Of a stretch of DNA of 64,000 nucleotides, positions 30,882 to 41,217 are shown in pieces. The notes beneath the pieces were generated by a model. That model did no database searches, was not told the DNA's origin, and saw only the letters and a program-made list of their open reading frames with translations. The translations under genes were made by a program, and so were the position numbers. This DNA is from Coraliomargarita sp. GTDB taxonomy: Bacteria; Verrucomicrobiota; Verrucomicrobiia; Opitutales; Coraliomargaritaceae. Within the stretch, counting starts at the first letter, position 1; every line of letters begins with the position of its first letter. The stretch spans positions 1,600,001-1,664,000 of the forward strand of contig OZ244160.1 in NCBI GenBank assembly GCA_965216325.1, written 5' to 3'.

Positions 30882-31631
30882 ATGCCAGAATTCGAAGAAA
30901 CCAGCTCCACGAGCAATCCTTCGCACAGTTACACGCCTAGCACCGACGCCAAACCACGCACTCGCCGCCGTAGCGGTGGATTCAAAAAAGAATACGGCAG
31001 CGCCCCCAAGGGTAACATGGGCGAAGTCGATCCAGTCGATGCTCTCAAATCTGAAAAGCTAAGCGGCGGCACTGAAGCTCCAGCAGCCGAAGCGCCGAAG
31101 CAGGAACGCACGCCAAAGGCTGACAAACCTGAGCGCAAAGAGCGCGCACCTCGCCAGAAGCGTGAGCCTCGCGAAGACGACACACCACGCGGCAACGCCG
31201 ATCCAAGCGAAGCCACCCTCGCTTCCATCAAGGTAGTCGAAGGCCGCATCGCTGAGCGTAAAGCTGAGCGTGACGCACGCTACGAAGAGCGCAAGAAGGC
31301 CCGCGCTGTAGAAAAGAAGGACAAGCCAGCGGCAAAGAAGACTGCCAACAAGCCTAAGGCTGCAGCAAAGAAGCAGCCAGCCAAGAAGAAGGGCTTGCTC
31401 GCATCCATCCTCAGCCTCTTTGGCCTCGGCCCAAAGGAGCCAGTCAAGAAGTCCGGCGGCAACCGCCAGGGCGGAGGCAACAAGGGCGGTCGCCCACAAG
31501 GTAAAGGCGGCAACCGCGGAGGCCAAAACCGCCGAGGCGGCAAGGGAGGCAATCGCGGTGGTCAAGGCCGTCGCGGTGGACGCGGCGGACAAAACCGTCG
31601 CCGTCGCCCAGAAGGCGCTCGCAGCGAATAA
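30882..31631 (+). CDS. Low-complexity basic protein with amphipathic helix and RGG-rich tail
   Basis: Strongly biased codons, own terminator, KKGLLASILSLFGLG helix and GGNRGGQNRRGG repeats. Confidence 0.8.
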   Translation: MPEFEETSSTSNPSHSYTPSTDAKPRTRRRSGGFKKEYGSAPKGNMGEVDPVDALKSEKLSGGTEAPAAEAPKQERTPKADKPERKERAPRQKREPREDDTPRGNADPSEATLASIKVVEGRIAERKAERDARYEERKKARAVEKKDKPAAKKTANKPKAAAKKQPAKKKGLLASILSLFGLGPKEPVKKSGGNRQGGGNKGGRPQGKGGNRGGQNRRGGKGGNRGGQGRRGGRGGQNRRRRPEGARSE

Positions 31632-31644
31632 GCTTTAGTAAGTC

Positions 31645-31678
31645 AGGAGCCGCAGCCCAAAACTGCGGCTCCTTTTTT
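31645..31678 (+). terminator. Intrinsic terminator
   Basis: AGGAGCCGCAG-loop-CTGCGGCTCC-TTTTTT. Confidence 0.88.
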
Positions 31679-31727
31679 CCCAATTCTACTTCTAACTTCT
31701 CACTCCCAGCTTCATACTTCTCAAACA

Positions 31728-33023
<1,296 letters not shown>

Positions 33024-33060
33024 GGTTGATCATCCAGCTTCTTTGTAGTGAATTTACCGT

Positions 33061-34107
33061 ATGCCATCCATTCCTGACGACCAACCCACTGGATCCGAGT
33101 TCATCGAAAAGTCGCTCTCCGAGCCCGAGAACTCGCAGGAGTCGATGCTTCGGCCGCTATCCTTTGACGACTTCGCTGGACAGGCTAAAACCTTGGAACG
33201 CCTAAAGGTGATGGTTGGTGCGGCCAAGAGTCGCGGCGAGCCACTGAATCACATTTTACTCAGCGGCCCTCCTGGTCTGGGAAAAACCACCCTCTCCTTA
33301 ATTCTCGGCAATGAGATGGAGAAGCAGGTCAGTATCACCTCCGGCCCCGTCATCGATAAGCCAGCCGACCTTGCCGGCCTTCTGACCAATCTGAACGAAG
33401 GCGACATTCTCTTTATCGACGAGATCCATCGTATTCCCAAGACCGTCGAAGAGTATCTCTACTCGGCTATGGAAGACTTCCGGATCGATATCATGATCGA
33501 TCAGGGGCCCAACGCCCGTAGCGTCCGGCTCAACCTGCCGCGCTTTACCCTACTCGGCGCAACCACTCGCATGGGCCTACTGACTGCACCGCTGCGCAGC
33601 CGATTCACGTTGCAGTCGCGCCTGAGCTACTACGACCAGAAGACTTTACAGGGCATTGTTGCCCGCACCTGCGGGCTGCTGGACGTCCAATTCACTCCAG
33701 CAGGTGCTTCCGAAATTGCCCGCCGTGCACGTGGCACGCCTCGTATTGCCAACAATTTGGTGAACTTCTGTCGCGACTATGCTCAACAGCGTAGTAATGG
33801 CACCATTTCCGAGAACTCGGCAATGGCCGCACTGGAACTCCTCGAAATCGACCAACGCGGACTCGACGAAATGGACAAGCAAATCATGCGCGTGATGGCA
33901 GAGAATTACAAAGGCGGCCCCGTTGGACTCCGCACCGTAGCGGTCGCCGTTGGCGAGGAAGCGCACACGCTGGAGGAAGTGCACGAGCCGTTTCTAATAC
34001 AGGAAGGCTACATCCAACGCACCGCCCAAGGTCGCGTCCTTACCGACCGCGGCTGGCATGTCGTCGGACTTGAGCCCGAGTCAGGCCTGCAAAGCGAGTT
34101 TTTATAG
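33061..34107 (+). CDS. ruvB: Holliday junction helicase RuvB
   Basis: LRP, GPPGLGKTT, FIDEIHR, YSAMEDF and RGTPRIAN. Confidence 0.97.
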   Translation: MPSIPDDQPTGSEFIEKSLSEPENSQESMLRPLSFDDFAGQAKTLERLKVMVGAAKSRGEPLNHILLSGPPGLGKTTLSLILGNEMEKQVSITSGPVIDKPADLAGLLTNLNEGDILFIDEIHRIPKTVEEYLYSAMEDFRIDIMIDQGPNARSVRLNLPRFTLLGATTRMGLLTAPLRSRFTLQSRLSYYDQKTLQGIVARTCGLLDVQFTPAGASEIARRARGTPRIANNLVNFCRDYAQQRSNGTISENSAMAALELLEIDQRGLDEMDKQIMRVMAENYKGGPVGLRTVAVAVGEEAHTLEEVHEPFLIQEGYIQRTAQGRVLTDRGWHVVGLEPESGLQSEFL

Positions 34108-34145
34108 GCTTTCCACGCCCCAACTTCCACTTTCTACTCTCCTCC

Positions 34146-34712
34146 ATGGGACGCAATTCAGTCAAAAAAATCAAAAAAGCACCTCGCTATTCAGCGCGTG
34201 CATCCGTGCTGCACTTAGAAACCGAGGATGATTTGTTCGACCTGATTGAACGCACCGAAAACCCACTCATCCTTCTTCTCGAAGGTGTGCAGGACCCCCA
34301 CAACCTAGGCGCCTGCCTGCGCACAGCATCCGGTGCGGGTGTGACGGCAGTTTTGGTGCCAATGAAGGGCGCCTGCAGTATCACACATACTGTGCGCGAC
34401 GTCTCCTGTGGCGGAGCCGATGAGGTGCCGTTCCTTAAGATCAAGAACACGAGTATGCTGCTGCGTAAGTTCAAAGATCGCGACATCCAGATCGTCGGCA
34501 CAATGGATAAAGGCGAAGGCAATCTCTACGATGTCGATTTCAGCCCGCCAACCTGCATCGTGCTCGGTAGCGAAGGATGGGGCATCCGCAAGGTAACCAG
34601 CGATCTCTGCGATGAGCTCGTTAGCATCCCGATGGCTGGCCAAGTGGATTGCCTGAACGTTTCTGTGTCCGCGGGAGTTTGTCTTTACGAAGCCGTGCGT
34701 CAGCGTCTATAA
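34146..34712 (+). CDS. rlmB: SPOUT/TrmH rRNA methyltransferase, RlmB-like (catalytic domain only)
   Basis: DPHNLGACLRT, GSEGWG and IPMAGQVDCLNVSVSAG. Confidence 0.75.
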   Translation: MGRNSVKKIKKAPRYSARASVLHLETEDDLFDLIERTENPLILLLEGVQDPHNLGACLRTASGAGVTAVLVPMKGACSITHTVRDVSCGGADEVPFLKIKNTSMLLRKFKDRDIQIVGTMDKGEGNLYDVDFSPPTCIVLGSEGWGIRKVTSDLCDELVSIPMAGQVDCLNVSVSAGVCLYEAVRQRL

Positions 34713-34739
34713 GCTGCAGCTTCAGTTCTTCTACCCTCT

Positions 34740-35825
34740 ATGAAAAAAGTCTTTATTTCCGGATGCTACGACATCCTCCACGGCGGCCACATCCAATTCT
34801 TCAAAGAAGCCAGAGCACTCGGCGACCACCTGACCGTCTCGTTTGCGTCCGACAAAGTACTCTGGGAGCACAAAAAGCGCCGCACCTCAATTCCTCAGGA
34901 TCACAAACTGGCACTAATGACGTCTTTAGATATCGTCGACCAAGTTGTCATCGGTGATTGCGACGAACTTGGACTGGATTTCAAAGAGCACTTCTTGAAG
35001 GTGCGCCCTGACATTCTGGCGGTCACCGAAGACGATCAGTATGCTGATGCGAAGAAAGCCCTTTGCGCTGAGGTCGGTGCTGAATACATCGTGCTTCCCA
35101 AGACGCCACCGCAGTTTACGCCGGTGTCCACCACATCTATCGTGCGCAACATACGCACTCCGGCCTATGCGCCACTACGCGTCGATTTTGGCGGCGGTTG
35201 GCTCGACGTCCCTCGTCATGCACGCGAAGGTGGCTTTATCGTGAATTGTGCCATCTCGCCACTTGTTTCCCTGAATGACTGGGGTTACGAGCAAAAGGCC
35301 GGCCTTGGCGGCAGCGGCGCATGGGCACTGTTGAATGGCAATGATGGCGTTGAAAGTGAACTCAACCTCGGGGTTGGCTGGCAAGACCCAGCTGTCATTC
35401 GCGAGACCGGGCTCTGTGTCTGGCGCAGCGGCCCCAAGCCGGTGCTTCACTTCAAGCGCAACGGTGATTTCCTACGCGGACACATGGCACTGCACTACAC
35501 CGACATCCCGCACGACACTCCGTCAAACGCCGACAACAAGCGGGACTATGACTTAATCGAGAAAGCGGGACTGACTGCCAAGCAAGCCGTGTTCGAGGGC
35601 AGCGTGCCCAAGCTAGGCGAAGCTATTCAGCTCAGCTATGAAGCTCAACTCGGCGAAGGCATGCAAGAGCTCCCCAACGCACCAGGCTGCATCGGACGTA
35701 AATACGTCGGCGGTGGCTGGGGCGGCTATGCCCTCTACCTATTTGAGCACAGCGAAGACCGTGATACCTTTGTCGCCTCGGCGAACAACAATCGTCCGAT
35801 CGAGCCGTATATCACGATTCGCTAA
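34740..35825 (+). CDS. Cytidylyltransferase-family nucleotidyltransferase fused to a compact GHMP sugar-kinase-like domain
   Basis: GCYDILHGGH and VSTT; APLRVDFGGGWLDVP, GLGGSGA, GWQDP and GGGWGGY. Confidence 0.8.
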   Translation: MKKVFISGCYDILHGGHIQFFKEARALGDHLTVSFASDKVLWEHKKRRTSIPQDHKLALMTSLDIVDQVVIGDCDELGLDFKEHFLKVRPDILAVTEDDQYADAKKALCAEVGAEYIVLPKTPPQFTPVSTTSIVRNIRTPAYAPLRVDFGGGWLDVPRHAREGGFIVNCAISPLVSLNDWGYEQKAGLGGSGAWALLNGNDGVESELNLGVGWQDPAVIRETGLCVWRSGPKPVLHFKRNGDFLRGHMALHYTDIPHDTPSNADNKRDYDLIEKAGLTAKQAVFEGSVPKLGEAIQLSYEAQLGEGMQELPNAPGCIGRKYVGGGWGGYALYLFEHSEDRDTFVASANNNRPIEPYITIR

Positions 35826-35835
35826 TCCCGGTCGA

Positions 35836-35923
35836 AGTGGCAGCGACCGCTAGCCAGAAATGAGCCAGTCGAACTGCCACTAAAACGTGCCAAGCACTGG
35901 GAGCGGCTGGAAGCCGCTTCTAC
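35836..35923. repeat. REP-like palindromes
   Basis: AGTGGCAG...CTGCCACT and GAGCGGCTGGAAGCCGCTTCTAC (ends in CTAC). Confidence 0.6.
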
Positions 35924-36029
35924 TTTTTCCTTTACGGATTTGGCGAGGGGCTCAGTTTGTTGCGTTTCACTGATTACATAGACTGAGGTGCTTCTGGCCT
36001 CCGCCTTCTGATCGCTGACTTCTGAAACC

Positions 36030-37211
36030 ATGAGCCTGATAGAAACAATTCGCCAAAACACCGACACCATCATCGGTGAAACCGAACTGGAAGACCGCCT
36101 GCACGGCAATCGCCCGCTGCGCGTCAAACTCGGCGTCGACCCGACACGTCCAGACCTGACCTTCGGACACCTCGTGGTGTTCAACAAGTTACGCCAATTT
36201 CAAGATCTCGGACACGAAGCGATTTTAATCATCGGCGACTTCACAACCCTAATCGGCGACCCATCCGGTCGCTCCAGCACGCGTCCGGTGCTCACCAAAG
36301 AGCAGATCATCGATAATGCGAAGACTTACCTCGACCAAGCCTTCAAAATTCTCGATGAGGACAAGACCACGGTGCACTTCAACAGTGAGTGGTTCAACGA
36401 GATGGGCTTCGAAGACTGCCTCAAGCTCGCCCGCAAGATGACCGTGGCTCGGATGCTCGAGCGCGATGACTTCGCGAAGCGCTACGCCAGCAACGCGCCG
36501 ATCTCCATCATCGAATTTCTCTACCCGCTCATTCAAGGCTACGACTCGCTCGTACTAAACGCCGATGTTGAAATCGGCGGCACCGACCAGCTGTTCAATA
36601 TGCTCGTCGGCCGCGCACTTCAAAAGGATGCCGGCAAGATGGAGCAAGCGGTCATCACCATGCCATTGCTCGTCGGCCTTGACGGCGTAAAAAAGATGTC
36701 CAAGAGCCAGGACAACTACATCGCCTTCACGGACACTCCGAAGGAAATGTTCGGCAAGATCATGTCGATCAGCGACGACACGATGTGGCTTTACTACAAG
36801 CTGCTCCTTGAACTGGACGAGGAAAAGATCGAACGCCACAAGGCAGACCACCCTATGGCTGCCAAAAAGCACCTGGCTTGTGCACTTGTTGGTCAGTTCC
36901 ACTCCATGAAAGAAGCCAAGCATGAGCTTGAACAATTCGAGCAGGTATTCTCCAAGAACAAAATTCCATCCGACATGCCAACCTTCAGCTGGAGTGATCT
37001 GGCTGGCGATAATGACAGCGCAACACTCGTTGACATCATGGGCGCCTCCGAACTCTTTAAGAGCAAGGGCGATGTGCGTCGCTTGATCCAACAGGGCGGC
37101 GTCAAAGTCGATGGCGAAAAGCAAAGCGATCTCAACATGGAATTCAGCCGCCCGGACGGAGAGCAAATCTTCCAGGCCGGCAAACGTGTGTTTTTCAAAG
37201 TCGTCGGCTAA
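36030..37211 (+). CDS. tyrS: Tyrosine--tRNA ligase
   Basis: GVDPT, TFGH (HIGH variant), YPLIQGYD, GGTDQ, KMSKS and an S4 domain. Confidence 0.97.
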   Translation: MSLIETIRQNTDTIIGETELEDRLHGNRPLRVKLGVDPTRPDLTFGHLVVFNKLRQFQDLGHEAILIIGDFTTLIGDPSGRSSTRPVLTKEQIIDNAKTYLDQAFKILDEDKTTVHFNSEWFNEMGFEDCLKLARKMTVARMLERDDFAKRYASNAPISIIEFLYPLIQGYDSLVLNADVEIGGTDQLFNMLVGRALQKDAGKMEQAVITMPLLVGLDGVKKMSKSQDNYIAFTDTPKEMFGKIMSISDDTMWLYYKLLLELDEEKIERHKADHPMAAKKHLACALVGQFHSMKEAKHELEQFEQVFSKNKIPSDMPTFSWSDLAGDNDSATLVDIMGASELFKSKGDVRRLIQQGGVKVDGEKQSDLNMEFSRPDGEQIFQAGKRVFFKVVG

Positions 37212-37294
37212 AATCGTCCGCGAACGCTTTACAAGGCCATCGATCCCGCTACCTAAATACCTTCAACTAACACCTATCAACTACGTATACTACC

Positions 37295-37768
37295 ATGGCA
37301 CTCGCAACTGGAACTAAAGCACCTGAATTTACACTGAAAACCAAGACTGCTGAAGGTCTTGAGGACGTCGCACTCGCTGATAACTTCGGCAAGCAAAAGA
37401 CTGTCCTGCTCTTCTTCCCACTGGCATTCACCAGTGTCTGCATGGAAGAAATGTGCTCCGTCAGCTCTGGCATTCAAGACTACAAGGACCTCAACGCTGC
37501 AGTTTACGGCATCTCGGTAGACAGCCCATTCACACTAGAAAAGATGGCAGCTGTAGACGGCCTGCAATTCCCACTGCTTAGCGACTTCAACAAGGATGTT
37601 TCTACAGCCTACGATGTGCTCTTCGAAGACCTGATCGGCTTCAAGGGTGTCTCCAAGCGCTCGGCTTTCGTCATCGATGAAGAAGGCACGATCATCTACG
37701 CAGAGTCCTCTGACGACCCAAAGCAACTTCCTGATTTCGACGCAATCAAGGCAGCGTTGAAGGCTTAA
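37295..37768 (+). CDS. Peroxiredoxin (AhpC/TSA, AhpE-like)
   Basis: FFPLAFTSVCMEEMC, GISVDS and LLSDFN. Confidence 0.88.
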   Translation: MALATGTKAPEFTLKTKTAEGLEDVALADNFGKQKTVLLFFPLAFTSVCMEEMCSVSSGIQDYKDLNAAVYGISVDSPFTLEKMAAVDGLQFPLLSDFNKDVSTAYDVLFEDLIGFKGVSKRSAFVIDEEGTIIYAESSDDPKQLPDFDAIKAALKA

Positions 37769-37812
37769 GCCCGACAAAGTTGACTAAGAAAGCAGCTGTC
37801 GACACACATAAG

Positions 37813-37857
37813 ATTGACCTCAAGGCGGGAATCGATTCCGCTATTGAGGTCAATTAT
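37813..37857. terminator. Long hairpin, probable terminator
   Basis: ATTGACCTCAA-GGCGGGAATCGATTCCGCT-ATTGAGGTCAAT. Confidence 0.6.
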
Positions 37858-37934
37858 TATCGTCGTTGAATCTGCCAAGTAGCAGGTTTAACAACACCAC
37901 CACAGAAGTATAACATACGCAATCGCTCCATCGC

Positions 37935-38453
37935 ATGAGTGACCCCCAACAGCCGACCTTCCTAGTCAGCGCCTACTCCGACCCTGTGGCGGTTCGGATC
38001 AACGGCAAAGCGAATTACTTGAACTGCAACAACTTCCGCGAGTTCATGGAGAAAATGGTGGCTGACGGCAAGCGTAGCTTCCTTCTCGACTTCGAGCACT
38101 GTCGCGGAATGGACAGCACCTTCCTCGGTATTCTTGCGGGGACCGCAATTGAGCTGCAAAAGCAGGAGCCCGCAGGAAAACTAACACTTTGCAAACTAGG
38201 TGAGCGGAATCACGACCTGATCTGCAACTTAGGCCTGCAGACCTTGCTCGACATCCTCGAACCAGATGAAGAATGCGGCCACCGCAAAGAGGACAACGAC
38301 TTCTCCAGCTTGGAGAATCAAGAAGTCTCCAACGCCGCCAACGTTCTGAAAGCTCACGAAAACCTCGTGCATGCAGACGATGAGAACGCAGCTAAGTTTC
38401 AAGACGTTATTGCATTCCTGAAAAATCAGGTCAAATCTGACGAAAATAAGTGA
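37935..38453 (+). CDS. STAS domain anti-sigma factor antagonist
   Basis: LDFEHCRGMDSTFLG (phospho-Ser motif). Confidence 0.87.
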   Translation: MSDPQQPTFLVSAYSDPVAVRINGKANYLNCNNFREFMEKMVADGKRSFLLDFEHCRGMDSTFLGILAGTAIELQKQEPAGKLTLCKLGERNHDLICNLGLQTLLDILEPDEECGHRKEDNDFSSLENQEVSNAANVLKAHENLVHADDENAAKFQDVIAFLKNQVKSDENK

Positions 38454-38488
38454 CTCGTTTCACGGCAAACGATTAGGATAAGCAAAGT

Positions 38489-39913
38489 ATGATCCTTTCG
38501 TTTGTGTTCGGAGCCCTGACTGGAGCATTCCTGCTCTGGGTGTTTTATTTGGGCAAACGTAAGCAGATCAAACTGCTCGACGAAGAGAAACAATTGCTCG
38601 TTCAAGAGAAGCAAATTGTGGTCGAGTTCATGCACAACATGGTCGAAGCCGTGGTCGAAGAAGGCGATCGCAAGGGCATGTTCCAGCGCATCATCCATGC
38701 GGCCATCCTCAGCACTGGGGCAATGAGTGCGGCCATTTTTGAACGCCGTGAGAATAACTGCCTCCACGGTGTGGCCGTCGAAGGCCTCTTTCCTCCCCAG
38801 CGCCCACTGAATAGCACAAATACTGAGGTTGCCGCAACACGCTCAAAGCACATTGCCGAGATCCTCAAGTCCGAAACATTTCAAATGGGCGAAGGCCTGA
38901 TCGGCGCAGTTGCGAAAAGCCGGCGCGCAGTTTTGATTTCTGATGCGAGCACCGATCCCCGTGTAGTTCAACATGACGACCCTGCACTCCACGTGCGCTC
39001 GATCATAGTAGCCCCTGTTATCTTTAAAGAGGAGCTTATCGCCGTGCTCGCGGTCGCCAACCCATCCGATGGGCTGGCCTTTACTGACACCGATTTCTCA
39101 CTCGTCGAATCACTCGCTGAACAAGTGGGACTCGCCGTCCACAATAGCGACTCACTGAACCTACAACTGGAAAAGAACAAACTCGACCTCGACATCGAAG
39201 TCGCTGGAAACATCCAGAACCTGCTACTCCCCAACACCTTCCCGACATCCAAGTCTCTCGAATTTGCCGCACACTATACCGCAGCGCAGAAAGTCGGTGG
39301 CGACCTTTACGACATTTTTCCAGTCAACTCACATAAGATTGGCGTCGTCGTCGCCGATGTCTCCGGCAAAGGCATCTCCGCTTCTCTCGTGATGGCAATC
39401 TGCCAAACGAACCTGCGACATCTCTCGCGCCAAGAGGAATCCCCAGCCAAAGTGCTCAAAGCAATCAACACCGCGATGCAAAGCTCCATGCGGCGCGACA
39501 TGTTCATCACAATGATCTACGCGATCATCGACACTGAGGGAGGCACACTCACTCTTGCGCGCGCCGGGCACGAACTCCCACTCCTAAGCCGACGTTCAGG
39601 AGTAGAAAGCATCAGCTCCAAAGGCATGGCAGTTGGCATGGTGCCTCCAGAGATCTTCGACCTGAACATCGAGGACTTCACACTCCAGTTCGAGAAAGGC
39701 GATTGCCTGATGCTCTACACCGATGGAGTGACTGAGAGCATCAACGATAACGGAGATGAATATAGCACCGCTCGACTGGCGCAAACACTGCAAGCGAACA
39801 ACGATAAACCTGCTCAGCTAATTCTCGATAATTGCCTGAAGGACGTCGAAAGCTTCGCGTCAATTGAAGGCCAACTGGACGATATCACACTGATCACGGT
39901 GAAGCACCGCTAA
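38489..39913 (+). CDS. GAF + PP2C/SpoIIE (RsbU-like) phosphatase
   Basis: N-terminal TM, GAF (GEGLIG, DPR), VGGDLYD, ADVSGKG, RAGH, YTDGVTE and DDIT. Confidence 0.92.
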   Translation: MILSFVFGALTGAFLLWVFYLGKRKQIKLLDEEKQLLVQEKQIVVEFMHNMVEAVVEEGDRKGMFQRIIHAAILSTGAMSAAIFERRENNCLHGVAVEGLFPPQRPLNSTNTEVAATRSKHIAEILKSETFQMGEGLIGAVAKSRRAVLISDASTDPRVVQHDDPALHVRSIIVAPVIFKEELIAVLAVANPSDGLAFTDTDFSLVESLAEQVGLAVHNSDSLNLQLEKNKLDLDIEVAGNIQNLLLPNTFPTSKSLEFAAHYTAAQKVGGDLYDIFPVNSHKIGVVVADVSGKGISASLVMAICQTNLRHLSRQEESPAKVLKAINTAMQSSMRRDMFITMIYAIIDTEGGTLTLARAGHELPLLSRRSGVESISSKGMAVGMVPPEIFDLNIEDFTLQFEKGDCLMLYTDGVTESINDNGDEYSTARLAQTLQANNDKPAQLILDNCLKDVESFASIEGQLDDITLITVKHR

Positions 39914-39914
39914 A

Positions 39915-39940
39915 CAGGTCGGGGTCCCGCCTTTAGGCGG
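39915..39940. repeat. REP-like unit, left arm of the doublet flanking the intron
   Basis: CAGGTCGGGGTCCCGCCTTTAGGCGG; inverted copy at 41189-41214 matches at 25 of 26 positions. Confidence 0.8.
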
Positions 39941-39979
39941 ATTCACGCAGCACAGGCATCCTGCCCGTGTTTCCTGAAC

Positions 39980-41135
39980 ATCGAGTAGCCGGGAGCGGTT
40001 GCCCGCTCCAAGCTCTCACACCACCGGACGTACGGTTCACGTATCACGGCGGTTCCGAAGAAGGATTTCGGCTCTCATCAATTCGAGCAAATCATAGACA
40101 GATAGGAGCTTCATTTGCGTGAAGGCTTTGCGTGGGAGGGCTTGGTTCATGTGAGAGGCTCCGGCTGTTAAACCACGCCCCGCGTCCGTTGTAGCTGCTT
40201 TTGCGTGCACATTCGGGGCTGAGCCCAAGCTGCACCAGCTTCCTGTAGCGGGTGTGGGGACGTTTCCACTGTCGCCAGAGGATGCACCGCAAGCGATGTC
40301 GCAACCATTCGTCCAGTTCCCCGGCGAAGGTTTTCGTCTGACTCAGGCGGAAGTAGTTCGTCCAGCCGCGTAGCACTGGATTGAGCGTCTCAGCGATGAA
40401 GCGGCGCAGGTTGCGCCCGCGCCCTTTGCGGCAGAGTTTCCGCAGCTTGGACTTCATCTTTTGAGTCGTCTGTTTGGGCACGCGAATGCGGCTATGCTTG
40501 CCCCCAGTGAAGCTGTAGCCGAGGAAGATCCGGCGGCTCGGACGATCCACAGCGCTTTTGAGGTGGTTGACCTTCAGCTTCAGTTTGGTCTCCAAGGCCG
40601 ATGGCGCGCTTGATGCGCCCGCATGGACTCGCCCCAGATGCCGTCCGGTTCCTTCCACGCGGGTCTGACGGGTGGTGCCGCCAGCTTCTGCTTCCCTGCT
40701 CTCGCTCATGGTCTCAGTCCTTGTTGTCGTTCTTCGGTTCGATCCTTCGCCCGCGACCTGTGCAGGCTACTATGATCTCGGCTGACTTCTCTAAACACAT
40801 CCCAGTGCCTCGCGACACTGGTAGCCAGTAGCATGTTCAGAGACCTCCCCGGGTAATGCGCACTTACCGTCACACTTATGCCTGCCGCATATACGCCTGC
40901 GCTTTCCGGGCAAGTTTCGGACTTTGAAGTTCTGTGCCTCCTCATCCAACGCAAACGCCTCTTATGCGATTCCTGTTCGTCAGGCCAGTGCTTTGCCATA
41001 GGCTTCCTTCCCACGAACACCTCGCGATGCCGCAGTTGCCCTTCGGCTAACTCTTCCCCTTGCCGGGCGAGTAACAGACTTTCATCAATTTCCATTAATA
41101 ATCACTGTCGAGTAAGTGCGCCCTGCCGGGCGCAC
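39980..41135 (-). mobile_element. Group II intron, class C-like, internally deleted (~1156 nt)
   Basis: 5' end GTGCGCCCGGCAGGGCGCA directly after a terminator U-tract (the boundary could be 41137); domain V GAACCGCCGTGATACGTGAACCGTACGTCCGGTGGTGTG; domain VI ending CTACTCGAT; remnant of an intron-encoded protein. Confidence 0.92.
40037..40709 (-). pseudogene. ltrA: Intron-encoded RT/maturase remnant: RT core deleted, thumb/X domain retained, C-terminal frameshift
   Basis: The N-terminal leader joins directly to LETKLKLKVN..KS..FLGYSF and LNPVLRGWTNYF..WLRHRLR..WRQWK; there is no YADD. The tail ASHMNQALP continues in another frame after about 40163. Confidence 0.85.
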
Positions 41136-41137
41136 AC

Positions 41138-41169
41138 AAAAAAGCCACGAACTCATCCGAATTCGTGGC
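41138..41169 (-). terminator. Intrinsic terminator after acnB (intron target site)
   Basis: GCCACGAAUUC-GGAU-GAGUUCGUGGC-UUUUUU on the minus strand. Confidence 0.85.
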
Positions 41170-41188
41170 GTTGAAAATGATGGCTAAA

Positions 41189-41214
41189 CCGCCTAAAGGC
41201 GGGACCCCAACCTG
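41189..41214. repeat. REP-like unit, right arm
   Basis: CCGCCTAAAGGCGGGACCCCAACCTG. Confidence 0.8.
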
Positions 41215-41217
41215 CTC

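Noticed and set aside
35826..36029. T-box riboswitch upstream of tyrS
   Set aside because: No T-box consensus seen; the hairpins match REP-like elements.
40706..41095. 129-aa minus-strand ORF upstream of the maturase remnant
   Set aside because: Lies in the intron's structural RNA domains; a chance ORF.
39980..41135. Retron, DGR or CRISPR-associated RT system
   Set aside because: Domain V/VI, the GUGYG start and domain X identify a group II intron; no template repeat, msr-msd or cas genes are present.
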